Below are positions 18,398 to 28,103 of a stretch of DNA of 64,000 nt, one piece after another; position 1 is the stretch's first letter; each line of letters opens with the position of its first letter. A program made the translations under genes and the position numbers. This DNA is from Peptococcaceae bacterium (lineage in GTDB: Bacteria; Bacillota; Peptococcia; DRI-13; PHAD01): positions 5,392 to 69,391 of the forward strand of contig JAXGPE010000002.1 in assembly GCA_040767105.1 (NCBI GenBank), given 5' to 3'. Below the pieces are notes generated by a model, which ran no database searches, was not told the DNA's origin, and saw only the letters and a list, made by a program, of their open reading frames with translations.

Positions 18398-19165
18398 ATG
18401 TTTAAGATCTTTAAAAAGTTTATCCAGTATCCTCGTCTTACCTTGAAATATCCCGACCAACCCCTGAATACCGCTAACATACATGGGAGACCTTCTATAT
18501 CTTTGAATTCCTGTGTTAGTTGCGGAAAATGCGTTGCTTCTTGTCCTGTCGAAGCAATCGTTTTTAACTCGAAGAATTACCCGCGAATCCATTTGGACAA
18601 ATGTATCTTCTGCTATACTTGTGCAGAAGTCTGCCCTGCTTTTGCCATTCACATAACTGAAGAGTTCGAATTGGCAGAAAAAAACCCGCTTGCCCTGAGA
18701 GGTGAACGAGAGCTGGCTGAAAAAATAAGCAGGACTTCGCATGAACTTTTCGGGCGCAGCCTGCAAATCCGGGAAATAGATGCCGGATCTTGTAATGGTT
18801 GTGATTATGAAATAAATGGTTTAAATAATCCTTTCAATGACATAGAGCGATTTGGGATACATTTTGTCGCCTCTCCCAGACATGCTGATATGCTGCTGGT
18901 CACCGGGCCGGTTACACATAACATGACTTCTGCCCTTCTGCGCACATACGAAGCAACTCCTGACCCAAAACTTGTTGTTGCTGTCGGTGCCTGTGCTTGC
19001 AGCGGAGGTATTTTCAGAGATTGTTATGCAGTTCATAAAGGAATCGGATCGCTCTTGCCAATAGATATTTATATTCCCGGGTGCCCTCCACGTCCGCAGG
19101 CTATTTTGTACGGTATCTTAAAAGCTCTTGACAGGCACCCTGCCAAACCCATCGCGAATACTTGA
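18398..19165 (+). CDS. fused 2[4Fe-4S] ferredoxin (HyfH/NuoI-like) and small subunit (HyfI/NuoB-like)
   Basis: CVSCGKCVASCP and CIFCYTCAEVCP, then GSCNGC, GAC, PGCPP; GGAGG before ATG 18398. Confidence 0.85.
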   Translation: MFKIFKKFIQYPRLTLKYPDQPLNTANIHGRPSISLNSCVSCGKCVASCPVEAIVFNSKNYPRIHLDKCIFCYTCAEVCPAFAIHITEEFELAEKNPLALRGERELAEKISRTSHELFGRSLQIREIDAGSCNGCDYEINGLNNPFNDIERFGIHFVASPRHADMLLVTGPVTHNMTSALLRTYEATPDPKLVVAVGACACSGGIFRDCYAVHKGIGSLLPIDIYIPGCPPRPQAILYGILKALDRHPAKPIANT

Positions 19166-19220
19166 CTCCGGCATCGCCGGAGTTTATTATTTAATTCAAC
19201 AAATGCCGGAGGTGCAAAAA

Positions 19221-20636
19221 GTGGGAACTCTTTTGATTATTCTCGCCGTCATCATATTTATGTATATGGCTTATAAGGGTTATTCTATAATCCTTTTTGC
19301 TCCTATAGCCGCGCTGATTGCCGCTTTGGGCAGCGGATACGGACTATTGCCAGTTTACAGCGAATTATATATGGCTAAAGCTGCTGAATATCTTAAGGTT
19401 TATTTTCCAGTTTTTCTCTTAGGAGCAGTATTTGCGAAAATGATGGAAGAAACTGCTCTAGCCGCTTCCATAGCCTCCGCGATCATTCGTTTCGCCGGCA
19501 AAAAAAACGCGGTTCTTGCCGCGATCATCGGCTGTGGTATCCTTAGTTATGGAGGGCTGAGCGTATTCGTTGTTTTTTTTGTCATGTATCCTTTCGCCGC
19601 TGTTTTATTCCGCGAAGCTGGTGTACCCAAACGGCTTCTACCCGCAACGATTTGGGTAGGTTCCTTTACTTTTGCTATGGCCGCTCTGCCTGGATCGCCG
19701 CAAATCCAAAATATTCTACCCACAGCTTATCTTGGTACAACTACTTGGGCCGCACCGACTATTGGCCTTTTCGGGGCTTTGATCTATTTTATTTTCGGCT
19801 GGTCATGGATCCAGTATCGTTTCAAAAAGTTAAACCTCATTGGAGAATATTACGGAGAAGGACATCATAACGAACCAGACCCACAACAGAACGAGCATCT
19901 GCCCCACTGGTCCTTGTCGCTTGTCCCCATAGCATTGGTTTTACTGGTAAACCTTTATCTGAGCAACCCTTTTGACTGGTCCTGGGCTTACCATTGGGAT
20001 GAGAATAGTCTTCTTGCTATACAGGGTTTTCATCTTGGCATGATCAACTCTTCAGTTGAAAAAGTGCGTTCTATCTGGTCTCTGCTTCTTGCCTTGAGTT
20101 CCGGAATAATCTGCACAGCTTTTATTGGTATACGCCAGCTTAAGCACACTGGTTTACTAAAGCCGCTTAACAGCGGTACGCTAGCATCTATCACTGCGGC
20201 ATTGAATATAGCTTCCGGGTATGCCTTCGGCAGTGTTGTAACCAACATGCCCGCTTTCCAATCTGTAAAAACTTCATTGTTAAGCTTTACCCTAGGCAAC
20301 AGCCCTCTGCTTTCAGCTATTGTCACTACAGATATAATGGTTGCCTTTTCGGGCGGTGCCTCGGCAGGGATCACATTAGCTCTGGATACCTTCGGTAAAG
20401 CATGGCTCCAAATGGCTCAAACCGCGGGAATACCAGCTGATGTTTTACACCGGATAATCTGCATCGCCTCGGCTGGTCCGGATAGTGTCCCGCACGCAGG
20501 CTCGATGGTGACGATTCTGATGATCAGCGGTTTAACACATCGGGAATCATATTATGATCTTTTTATTTTATTATTAATAAACACTTCCGTAGCTTATATT
20601 TGCATGCTCTTCTATCAGCTGACCGGATTAGTCTAA
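19221..20636 (+). CDS. GntP-family carboxylate permease (YxjC-like)
   Basis: FPVFLLGAVF, SYGGLSVFVV, LPGSPQIQN, DSVPHAG; GGAGG before GTG 19221. Confidence 0.75.
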   Translation: MGTLLIILAVIIFMYMAYKGYSIILFAPIAALIAALGSGYGLLPVYSELYMAKAAEYLKVYFPVFLLGAVFAKMMEETALAASIASAIIRFAGKKNAVLAAIIGCGILSYGGLSVFVVFFVMYPFAAVLFREAGVPKRLLPATIWVGSFTFAMAALPGSPQIQNILPTAYLGTTTWAAPTIGLFGALIYFIFGWSWIQYRFKKLNLIGEYYGEGHHNEPDPQQNEHLPHWSLSLVPIALVLLVNLYLSNPFDWSWAYHWDENSLLAIQGFHLGMINSSVEKVRSIWSLLLALSSGIICTAFIGIRQLKHTGLLKPLNSGTLASITAALNIASGYAFGSVVTNMPAFQSVKTSLLSFTLGNSPLLSAIVTTDIMVAFSGGASAGITLALDTFGKAWLQMAQTAGIPADVLHRIICIASAGPDSVPHAGSMVTILMISGLTHRESYYDLFILLLINTSVAYICMLFYQLTGLV

Positions 20637-20663
20637 ATCTGAAAGAGAGGCGAAAATAAAATA

Positions 20664-21152
20664 ATGTTCATCGATTTGTTACTATATTTTATAACATTTG
20701 TTTTATTGACTTTATCATTTATTAAAGATCCTGCTAAAACAACACAAGCCCTGATGAAGGCTTGGAAATCTTTCGAAAACATCCTGCCTCAATTATTGAG
20801 CATAGTGATCATGGTGGGTATCATGCTTTCATTTTTTGATGCAGAAACGATATCATCATTGATTGGTGACGGTTCAGGTATAAAGGGTATACTGCTTTCG
20901 CTCTTTGTAGGTTCTATAACACTTATTCCCGGCTTTATAGCTTTTCCCACAGCTGCAATGCTTCTCGCTAACGGGGCTGGTTATATGCAGGTGGCAGCGT
21001 TTGTTTCATCACTGATGATGGTTGGTATAATTACCTTACCTGTTGAGATCCGTTATTTTGGGTTTCGGCTTTCTTTAGCGCGTAATTCCTTGTCTCTTCT
21101 TTTCTGCTTTTTTGTCGCCTGGATAGTCGGAAAGGTGGTAGGCGCCATATGA
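20664..21152 (+). CDS. half-size permease (DUF318/ArsP-like)
   Basis: AWKSFENILPQ, GSITLIPGFIAFP, PVEIRYFG; hydrophobic. Confidence 0.65.
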   Translation: MFIDLLLYFITFVLLTLSFIKDPAKTTQALMKAWKSFENILPQLLSIVIMVGIMLSFFDAETISSLIGDGSGIKGILLSLFVGSITLIPGFIAFPTAAMLLANGAGYMQVAAFVSSLMMVGIITLPVEIRYFGFRLSLARNSLSLLFCFFVAWIVGKVVGAI

Positions 21153-21679
21153 AAATATTTATGAGGTATCGTTTTTCTGTAGTCTCTGTGTTTATATTGA
21201 CGCTTATTATTTTTTTTGATCAAAAAATCGGGATGCGTGCTGCCCAACTGGCTATATCAAGTTTTCGGGAAATGGCCCTGATCATTCCGCCGATATTTAT
21301 CTTGCTCGGTCTTTTAGATTCCTGGATCTCAAGAGAAGTAATGATGCGTCTAATGGGCGATGATTCAGGACTAAAGGGGATAGCCCTGGCTTTTTTCCTG
21401 GGCTCTGCAGCGGCAGGTCCTTTGTATGGGGCATTTCCTGTTGCCGGTGTTTTTATGAAAAAAGGGGTGAGTCTGTTAAATGTCTTGATCTTCATTGGTG
21501 CCTGGTCTTCAACGAAAATCCCGATGCTTCTCTTTGAATTATCTTCACTGGGAGCCCCTTTCACTTTAACTAGGCTTGCGGTAAATATTCCCGGGATAAT
21601 ATTGATTGCGTTAATATTATCAAAAATCACTCGCAAGAAAGATATTGAAAATTTGTATGAAAAGGCGCGCTTATTCTAG
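21149..21679 (+). CDS. half-size permease (DUF318/ArsP-like), partner subunit
   Basis: PPIFILLGLLD, AAAGPLYGAFP, KIPMLLFE; ATGA overlap. Confidence 0.65.
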   Translation: MKIFMRYRFSVVSVFILTLIIFFDQKIGMRAAQLAISSFREMALIIPPIFILLGLLDSWISREVMMRLMGDDSGLKGIALAFFLGSAAAGPLYGAFPVAGVFMKKGVSLLNVLIFIGAWSSTKIPMLLFELSSLGAPFTLTRLAVNIPGIILIALILSKITRKKDIENLYEKARLF

Positions 21680-21690
21680 ATTTATCCTAT

Positions 21691-21731
21691 AATAAAAGCC
21701 GGGATGGCTATTTGCCATTCCGGCTTTTATT
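21691..21731. terminator. bidirectional intrinsic terminator
   Basis: AATAAAAGCCGGGATGGC/GCCATTCCGGCTTTTATT. Confidence 0.85.
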
Positions 21732-21747
21732 TGATATATCGAAATTA

Positions 21748-23574
21748 TCATTCAACTGTTACGGATTTAGCAAGATTTCTCGGTTGATCCACATTGCAGC
21801 CACGCACAACTGCCGTATAATAAGCAAGAAGCTGCAGCGGAACTATTGCCAGCACAGGACTGACAATATCTTCAATAATCGGTATATAGACGGCAGAATT
21901 AACCGTTTTTAAAATATTCTCATTACCTTCAAAAGTAACCCCTATTACGTGTGCATCTCTGGCAACGACCTCCTTGACATTACTCATTGTCTTTTCATAG
22001 GTCTTCTTTTGCAGAGCAATGGCTATTACCGGGGTTTCGGATGTTACAAGCGCTAGTGTGCCATGTTTCAATTCACCTGCAGCGTAGGCTTCTGCGTGTA
22101 TATATGATATCTCCTTTAATTTCAGCGCACTTTCCTGAGCAACATTATAATCATAGCCTCGGCCGATAAAGAAAAGGCTATTACAGTCTTTGATCTCACA
22201 GGCAAGCTTCAAATAAAGCTCTCTGCGGTCTAAAATTTGTTGCGTTTTACCTGGCAATTCCTGGAGTGCCAGCAAAATAGCACTGGCACGGCTTGCGGTT
22301 ATAGTATTTTTTACCTGAGCCAGGTATACAGCCAGAAGATACTGAGCAATAAGCATTGTTGTATAGGCTTTAGTAGAAGCAACGGCAATTTCAGGTCCTG
22401 CCCAAAGATAAATGGTATAATCAGCTTCCCGGGCAATTGAACTGCCAACTACATTAGTAATTGCCAGCACGGCTGCCCCTCTCTTTTTGGCTTCGCGCAT
22501 TGCCGCTAAAGTATCTGCTGTTTCTCCCGACTGACTTATAAAAATAGCCAGCGTATGCTCATCTACTAATGGCTCACGGTATCTAAATTCTGAGGCTACG
22601 TCAACTTCTGCTGGTACTTTTAAAAATTCTTCAATCAGTGGTTTTCCTATCAATCCTGAATGATAGGCAGTTCCACAGGCAACTATAAATACTTTTTTCC
22701 ATTGATCGACCTGTTCTTTTGTGAAATCCAATTCTCGCAAACATACCCGGTCATCTCTGATCCTGCCGGTAAGCGTTTTTCGGAAAGCTTCGGGCTGTTC
22801 CATGATCTCCTTTTGCATAAAGTGTTCATACCCGCCCTTTTCCGCCTCTTCGGCATCCCATTCAACATTAAAAACCGGGCGGATAACGGGAACATCATCC
22901 TTATCCAAAATAAGCACCTGCTCATCGGTAAGAACAACTACTTCTCCATCCTCAATCAAGTTGATCTTTCTGGTATAAGGCAGTATTGCCGGAATATCCG
23001 AGGCTATGTAGTTTTCCTCATTGCCGAGGCCGACGATCAGGGGACTGTCTTTTCTCGCTGCAACAAGCTTATTTGGTTCGAGAACAGTTATTACGCCAAT
23101 GGCGTATGAACCATTGACCATGCTCAATGTTTTGCGGACCGCAGCTACAAGATCACCGTTATAATATTCTTCAATTAAGTGAGCAATGACCTCCGTATCG
23201 GTTTCGGAGGCAAAAAGATGACCTTTGTCATTTATCAACCACTCTTTTAATTCTATATAGTTTTCAATGATACCATTATGGACAACAGCAAAATCTTCTG
23301 AACATCCCTGGTGAGGATGTGAGTTTACATCACTTGGACGCCCGTGAGTCGCCCAACGTGTATGGCCGATACCAATTCTCCCTTTCGGATATTCTTCTTT
23401 CAGGATCATTTCTAAATTGACCAGTTTGCCTGCCGCCTTAAGGACTTTCATTTTTTTGTTTTCGATCACAGCAAGCCCGGCCGAATCATATCCCCTGTAT
23501 TCCAACCTTTTAAGCCCTGACATCAAAATGTCTGCTGCATCATTTTTACCTACATAACCAACGATACCACACAT
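21748..23574 (-). CDS. glmS: glutamine--fructose-6-phosphate aminotransferase
   Basis: MCGIVG, GHTRWATHG, SQSGETADT, PRNLAKSVTVE. Confidence 0.97.
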   Translation of the reverse strand: MCGIVGYVGKNDAADILMSGLKRLEYRGYDSAGLAVIENKKMKVLKAAGKLVNLEMILKEEYPKGRIGIGHTRWATHGRPSDVNSHPHQGCSEDFAVVHNGIIENYIELKEWLINDKGHLFASETDTEVIAHLIEEYYNGDLVAAVRKTLSMVNGSYAIGVITVLEPNKLVAARKDSPLIVGLGNEENYIASDIPAILPYTRKINLIEDGEVVVLTDEQVLILDKDDVPVIRPVFNVEWDAEEAEKGGYEHFMQKEIMEQPEAFRKTLTGRIRDDRVCLRELDFTKEQVDQWKKVFIVACGTAYHSGLIGKPLIEEFLKVPAEVDVASEFRYREPLVDEHTLAIFISQSGETADTLAAMREAKKRGAAVLAITNVVGSSIAREADYTIYLWAGPEIAVASTKAYTTMLIAQYLLAVYLAQVKNTITASRASAILLALQELPGKTQQILDRRELYLKLACEIKDCNSLFFIGRGYDYNVAQESALKLKEISYIHAEAYAAGELKHGTLALVTSETPVIAIALQKKTYEKTMSNVKEVVARDAHVIGVTFEGNENILKTVNSAVYIPIIEDIVSPVLAIVPLQLLAYYTAVVRGCNVDQPRNLAKSVTVE

Positions 23575-23609
23575 AGCTATATCTTCCCCCTGCTTTGGTT
23601 GATCATTTT

Positions 23610-24884
23610 TTATTTTTGTTTCAGAGCTCTTTTAGCAATATCTCGCCGATAATGAGCTTTTTCAAAAGATATCTTTTCCACAGCATTATATGCCTTTTTT
23701 AACGCCTGAGCAATATTATCTCCTTGAGCTGTAACCGAAAGAACCCTGCCCCCTGCAGTTGAGAAGCATCCATCCTTCTTTTTTGTACCGCTGTGAAAAA
23801 TCAAGGCGTTTTTTGAAGCATCATTAATTCCATATATCGGTATGCCTGTTTGATAATCTCTCGGATAACCTCCTGAGGCCATTATGACTGTGACGCAGGT
23901 GCCATTTTGCCATTCTATTTCAATTTCTGACAAACGTTCATCGACGACCGCAAGAATGATTTCGAGCAGATCTGTTTTAAGCAGCGGCAGTATTACCTGA
24001 GTTTCGGGATCACCGAAACGGCAATTAAACTCAAGGACCTTTGGTCCGTCTTTGGTCAGCATTAATCCTGGATAAAGGACTCCGCTGTACGGACGTCCTT
24101 CCTCTTGCATGGCTTCCATTACCGGTCTTAAAATCTGCCGGTCTATTTCTCTCATTAATTCGGGAGTCGCAGCAGCAACTGGAGAATAGGCGCCCATTCC
24201 TCCAGTATTCGGTCCCTTGTCATCATCGTAAATCCTTTTATGATCCTGAGCAGGGACCATGGCAACAATATTTTTTTTATCGCAAAAAGCTAAAACACTC
24301 AGTTCTTCTCCTTCTAGAAACTCTTCAATTACTATTTTCTCCCCGGCCGGACCAAGTATTTTTCCGCTCAAAATTTCCTCAATAGCACTATCCGCTTCAG
24401 CAACGGTTTGAGCGATCAGAACGCCTTTTCCTGCCGCCAGTCCGTCCGCTTTGATGACCCATGGCCCTTCCATACCGCGTACAAATGCCCGGGCTGGTGC
24501 AGCGCCTTCAAATACTCCATATTTTGCCGTTGGGATACCATATTTAAGCAGCAACCCTTTCGAAAACACTTTGCTTCCTTCAATTTCTGCTGCTAATGCA
24601 TTTGGTCCAAAAGCCTTGATCCCTGCTTTTGTCAATTCGTCGACAAGACCCATTGTTAATGGCACTTCTGGTCCGACTATCACTAAATCGATACTTCTCT
24701 CCTGCGCAAAGCTTACCAGGCCTTTTATATCATCTGTTTTAATTGGAACACATTCCGCGATTTCACTGATCCCACCATTACCGGGCGCACAATAAATCCT
24801 CCCTGCCAATGGACTGTTCGAAATTTTCCATACTATCGCATGTTCCCGACCACCGCTGCCAACAACCAAAACATTTGTTTTCAT
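23610..24884 (-). CDS. purD: phosphoribosylamine--glycine ligase
   Basis: GSGGREHA, QDHKR, GPNTGGMGAY, RFGDPETQ. Confidence 0.97.
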   Translation of the reverse strand: MKTNVLVVGSGGREHAIVWKISNSPLAGRIYCAPGNGGISEIAECVPIKTDDIKGLVSFAQERSIDLVIVGPEVPLTMGLVDELTKAGIKAFGPNALAAEIEGSKVFSKGLLLKYGIPTAKYGVFEGAAPARAFVRGMEGPWVIKADGLAAGKGVLIAQTVAEADSAIEEILSGKILGPAGEKIVIEEFLEGEELSVLAFCDKKNIVAMVPAQDHKRIYDDDKGPNTGGMGAYSPVAAATPELMREIDRQILRPVMEAMQEEGRPYSGVLYPGLMLTKDGPKVLEFNCRFGDPETQVILPLLKTDLLEIILAVVDERLSEIEIEWQNGTCVTVIMASGGYPRDYQTGIPIYGINDASKNALIFHSGTKKKDGCFSTAGGRVLSVTAQGDNIAQALKKAYNAVEKISFEKAHYRRDIAKRALKQK

Positions 24885-24896
24885 TCTGGATCACCC

Positions 24897-26435
24897 CTAG
24901 TGTTTAAAATGGCGCATACCGGTAAACACCATGATCAAGCCATATTCATTTGCTTTTTTTATGGTATCTTCATCACGGATAGAACCTCCCGGTTGAATAA
25001 TGGCTTTTATACCTTGTTTAGCGGCTAATTCGACCGTATCTGAAAACGGTAAAAATGCATCTGATGACATCACTGAACCACGCACGTGCTTCCCTGCCTG
25101 TTCGAGGGCGATCCGAGCAGCACCCACTCGATTCATCTGTCCGGCACCTACTCCAAGCGTGCGCTTATCTTTGGTTATTACTATTGCATTTGATTTAACG
25201 TTTTTAACTATCTTCCAGGCGAAAAGCAGCTCCTTGAGCATATCTTCATCAGGCTTTTTGGTTGAGACAATTTGCACATCTTCTGTATTAAGCTCAAGCT
25301 TATCCCATTCCTGGATCAAAAAACCCCCGCTGACAGGCTCAAGCCAATATTCCTGATTTGTGGCAGTATTTGTGCCCATCGCCATTAGTCTTAGATTCTT
25401 TTTATCTGATAAAATATTCAAAGCTTCCGGAGAAAATTCCGGTGCAACTACCGCTTCTAAAAATGTTTTGCTTATTTCCCGGGCTGTTTTGGCATCAACT
25501 ATCTGATTCAGACCTACTATTCCACCGTATGCTGACGTCGGATCCGAAGAATATGCGCGGATATATGCTTCGAGTATATCTGTTCCAAGCGCCGCACCAC
25601 AGGGATTTGTGTGCTTGATGACTGATGCCGCGGCTACATCAAATTCCCTGACAACAGACCAGGCTGATTGCAGATCAACTAGATTATTGTAAGATAGCTC
25701 CTTCCCTTGAAGCTGTTTTGCCTGAGCCAAGGTGCCTTCATTTTGTCTGTTTTGGGTAACATAAAAAGCTGCCTTTTGATGTGGATTTTCCCCATAGCGC
25801 AGTTCCTGCTTCTTATGTCCGCTCAAAAACCAGACATTCGGAAGATCCTGGGTATTTGACTGTGTTCCGAGATATGTGCTGATAGCCATATCGTACTCTG
25901 CTGTATGCGTAAATGTTTCCAAGGCAAGTTGAAAACGAGTTTTCAAATCAATATTTCCTGTAGTACGAATTTCAGATAAAATATCCGAATATCTTTCCGG
26001 ATTAACGATTACCGCAACTCTTTCATAATTCTTGGCTGCACCGCGAAGCATCGATGGCCCTCCAATATCGATGTTTTCAATGGCTTCTTCCAAAGATACA
26101 CCTGATTTTGCGATCGTTTCACAAAAAGGATAGAGATTGACTACAACCAAGTCGATTGGATCAATATGCATATTATTTAGTTGTTCTTGGTGTGAATTCT
26201 CTGATTTGGCCAGTATTCCTGCGTGAATGATCGGATGCAGTGTTTTGACCCGTCCGTCAAGTATTTCCGGAAATCCGGTCAGCTCGGAAACCAGCTTCAC
26301 TTTGATCCCATTTTCCCTCAGAGACTTTGCTGTCCCTCCTGTTGATATGATAGTGTATCCCAGCTGGACAAGTTCTTTTGCGAAATCAACGATCCCCGTC
26401 TTATCGGACACACTGATCAAAGCTTGTTTTTTCAT
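24897..26435 (-). CDS. purH: AICAR transformylase/IMP cyclohydrolase
   Basis: ALISVSDK, GRVKTLHP, LRYGENPHQ, RHFKH. Confidence 0.97.
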   Translation of the reverse strand: MKKQALISVSDKTGIVDFAKELVQLGYTIISTGGTAKSLRENGIKVKLVSELTGFPEILDGRVKTLHPIIHAGILAKSENSHQEQLNNMHIDPIDLVVVNLYPFCETIAKSGVSLEEAIENIDIGGPSMLRGAAKNYERVAVIVNPERYSDILSEIRTTGNIDLKTRFQLALETFTHTAEYDMAISTYLGTQSNTQDLPNVWFLSGHKKQELRYGENPHQKAAFYVTQNRQNEGTLAQAKQLQGKELSYNNLVDLQSAWSVVREFDVAAASVIKHTNPCGAALGTDILEAYIRAYSSDPTSAYGGIVGLNQIVDAKTAREISKTFLEAVVAPEFSPEALNILSDKKNLRLMAMGTNTATNQEYWLEPVSGGFLIQEWDKLELNTEDVQIVSTKKPDEDMLKELLFAWKIVKNVKSNAIVITKDKRTLGVGAGQMNRVGAARIALEQAGKHVRGSVMSSDAFLPFSDTVELAAKQGIKAIIQPGGSIRDEDTIKKANEYGLIMVFTGMRHFKH

Positions 26436-27057
26436 TATTATCAGACTCCTCTCGAATGATAACCTTTCTGCCCTGGCAAAGGATCCTTTTCTCGGCCAAG
26501 AGCTTTATTACATATGGATAGATCCTATGTTCCTCGTTAAGAATTCTTTTTGTCAGTGCCTCCTCCGTGTCCTCTTGAAGCACGGGCACAACTGCTTGCA
26601 TGATTATTGGCCCCGAATCTATCCCCTCATCGACAAAATGAACGGTACAACCGCTGAAACGCACCCCATATCTTATGGCTTGTTCCTGAGCATTAAGGCC
26701 AGGAAATGAAGGCAATAATGATGGATGGATGTTTAGTACAGGGCAGCCGGCATTTTTTATAAAATAAGGTGAAAGTATACGCATATAACCCGCCAGAATT
26801 ATATAATCTACCTGATGTAAACTGATTTTTCTCAACAAAGTATCCTCAAAATGCTGCTTGCAAGAAAATCCTTTTGGATCCACATAGCAGGCTTCAATTC
26901 CAAAATCAGCTGCTATTTTAAGTGCCCCTGCCGCTTCCCGGTCGGAAAACACAGCCACGATAGAGGCATTTATACCCATATTACAGCATCCATCAATGAT
27001 CGCCCGCAAATTACTGCCTTTTCCGGAAGCCAGTACAGCGAGCCGCAATACAGCCAT
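26401..27057 (-). CDS. purN: GAR transformylase
   Basis: ASGKGSNL, LAGYMRIL, NIHPSLLP. Confidence 0.95.
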   Translation of the reverse strand: MAVLRLAVLASGKGSNLRAIIDGCCNMGINASIVAVFSDREAAGALKIAADFGIEACYVDPKGFSCKQHFEDTLLRKISLHQVDYIILAGYMRILSPYFIKNAGCPVLNIHPSLLPSFPGLNAQEQAIRYGVRFSGCTVHFVDEGIDSGPIIMQAVVPVLQEDTEEALTKRILNEEHRIYPYVIKLLAEKRILCQGRKVIIREESDNNEKTSFDQCVR

Positions 27058-28103
27058 CAGCTTAACCCCCTAATGGTGACTCCTGGTTCTCCCGTTGTTA
27101 TTTTACCAATCGCCCAGGCTTTTTCTCCTTTATTTTCAAACCATTTGAGCATAGCGGGAGCGTCATTGGCATCAACGACGATTACATAACCAATACCCAT
27201 ATTGAAAGTTCGCAACATTTCCAGGGTATCTACGGGCCCATTTTCCATCATAAGTTTGAATATGGCAGGAACTTCCCAAGAGCCGTATTCGATCTGCATG
27301 TGTGTTCCTTTAGGAAGAACTCGCGGAGGATTTTCGAGCAAGCCTCCTCCGGTTATATGTGCCATTCCCTTTATTTTGAAATCATTTGTCAATTTGCGGA
27401 TCAGAGCAACATATATCTTTGTCGGGCGCATTAGTTCCTCTCCTAAGGAGCATCCCAAAACTTCAATATGCTTTTCGGGTTTCAAGTCAAGTTGTTCAAA
27501 GAATATTTTCCGGACAAGGGAATAACCGTTTGAGTGCAAACCGGATGAGGCAACCCCTATGATGACATCTTCTGGAACAATGCTTTTGCCATCAATGATC
27601 ATGCTTTTTTCGACAACTCCAACAGCAAAGCCAGCAATATCATATTCTCCCTGCTTATAAAAGCCGGGCATTTCTGCAGTTTCCCCACCGATCAAAGCGC
27701 AGCCTGCCTGCGCACAACCTTCTGCGACGCCTGCAACAATTTGTACAGCCTGTTTTGCTTCCAGTCTTCCTACCGCCAGATAATCAAGGAAAAAAAGCGG
27801 TTCAGCTCCTGAAACCAAGATATCGTTAACGCACATAGCAACGCAATCTATGCCCACAGTATCGTGCTTATTCAGTTTATGAGCCACAGCTAGTTTTGTC
27901 CCCACACCGTCTGTTCCTGAAACAAGCACAGGCTGTTTATATTTTAAAATATCAAGGGCAAAAAGAGCCCCGAAACCACCGAGCCCACCCATCACCTCTT
28001 TTCGATGAGTTTTGGCTACCAGTGGTTTGATTTTTTTGACCATTTCATTGCCCTGAGTGATATCGACCCCTGCTTGCTTATATGTCACTGCTGATTTGTG
28101 CAT
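27057..28103 (-). CDS. purM: AIR synthase
   Basis: YKQAGVD, GTDGVGTK, GGETAEMPG; start at MHKSAVTY after AAGGAG. Confidence 0.95.
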   Translation of the reverse strand: MHKSAVTYKQAGVDITQGNEMVKKIKPLVAKTHRKEVMGGLGGFGALFALDILKYKQPVLVSGTDGVGTKLAVAHKLNKHDTVGIDCVAMCVNDILVSGAEPLFFLDYLAVGRLEAKQAVQIVAGVAEGCAQAGCALIGGETAEMPGFYKQGEYDIAGFAVGVVEKSMIIDGKSIVPEDVIIGVASSGLHSNGYSLVRKIFFEQLDLKPEKHIEVLGCSLGEELMRPTKIYVALIRKLTNDFKIKGMAHITGGGLLENPPRVLPKGTHMQIEYGSWEVPAIFKLMMENGPVDTLEMLRTFNMGIGYVIVVDANDAPAMLKWFENKGEKAWAIGKITTGEPGVTIRGLS

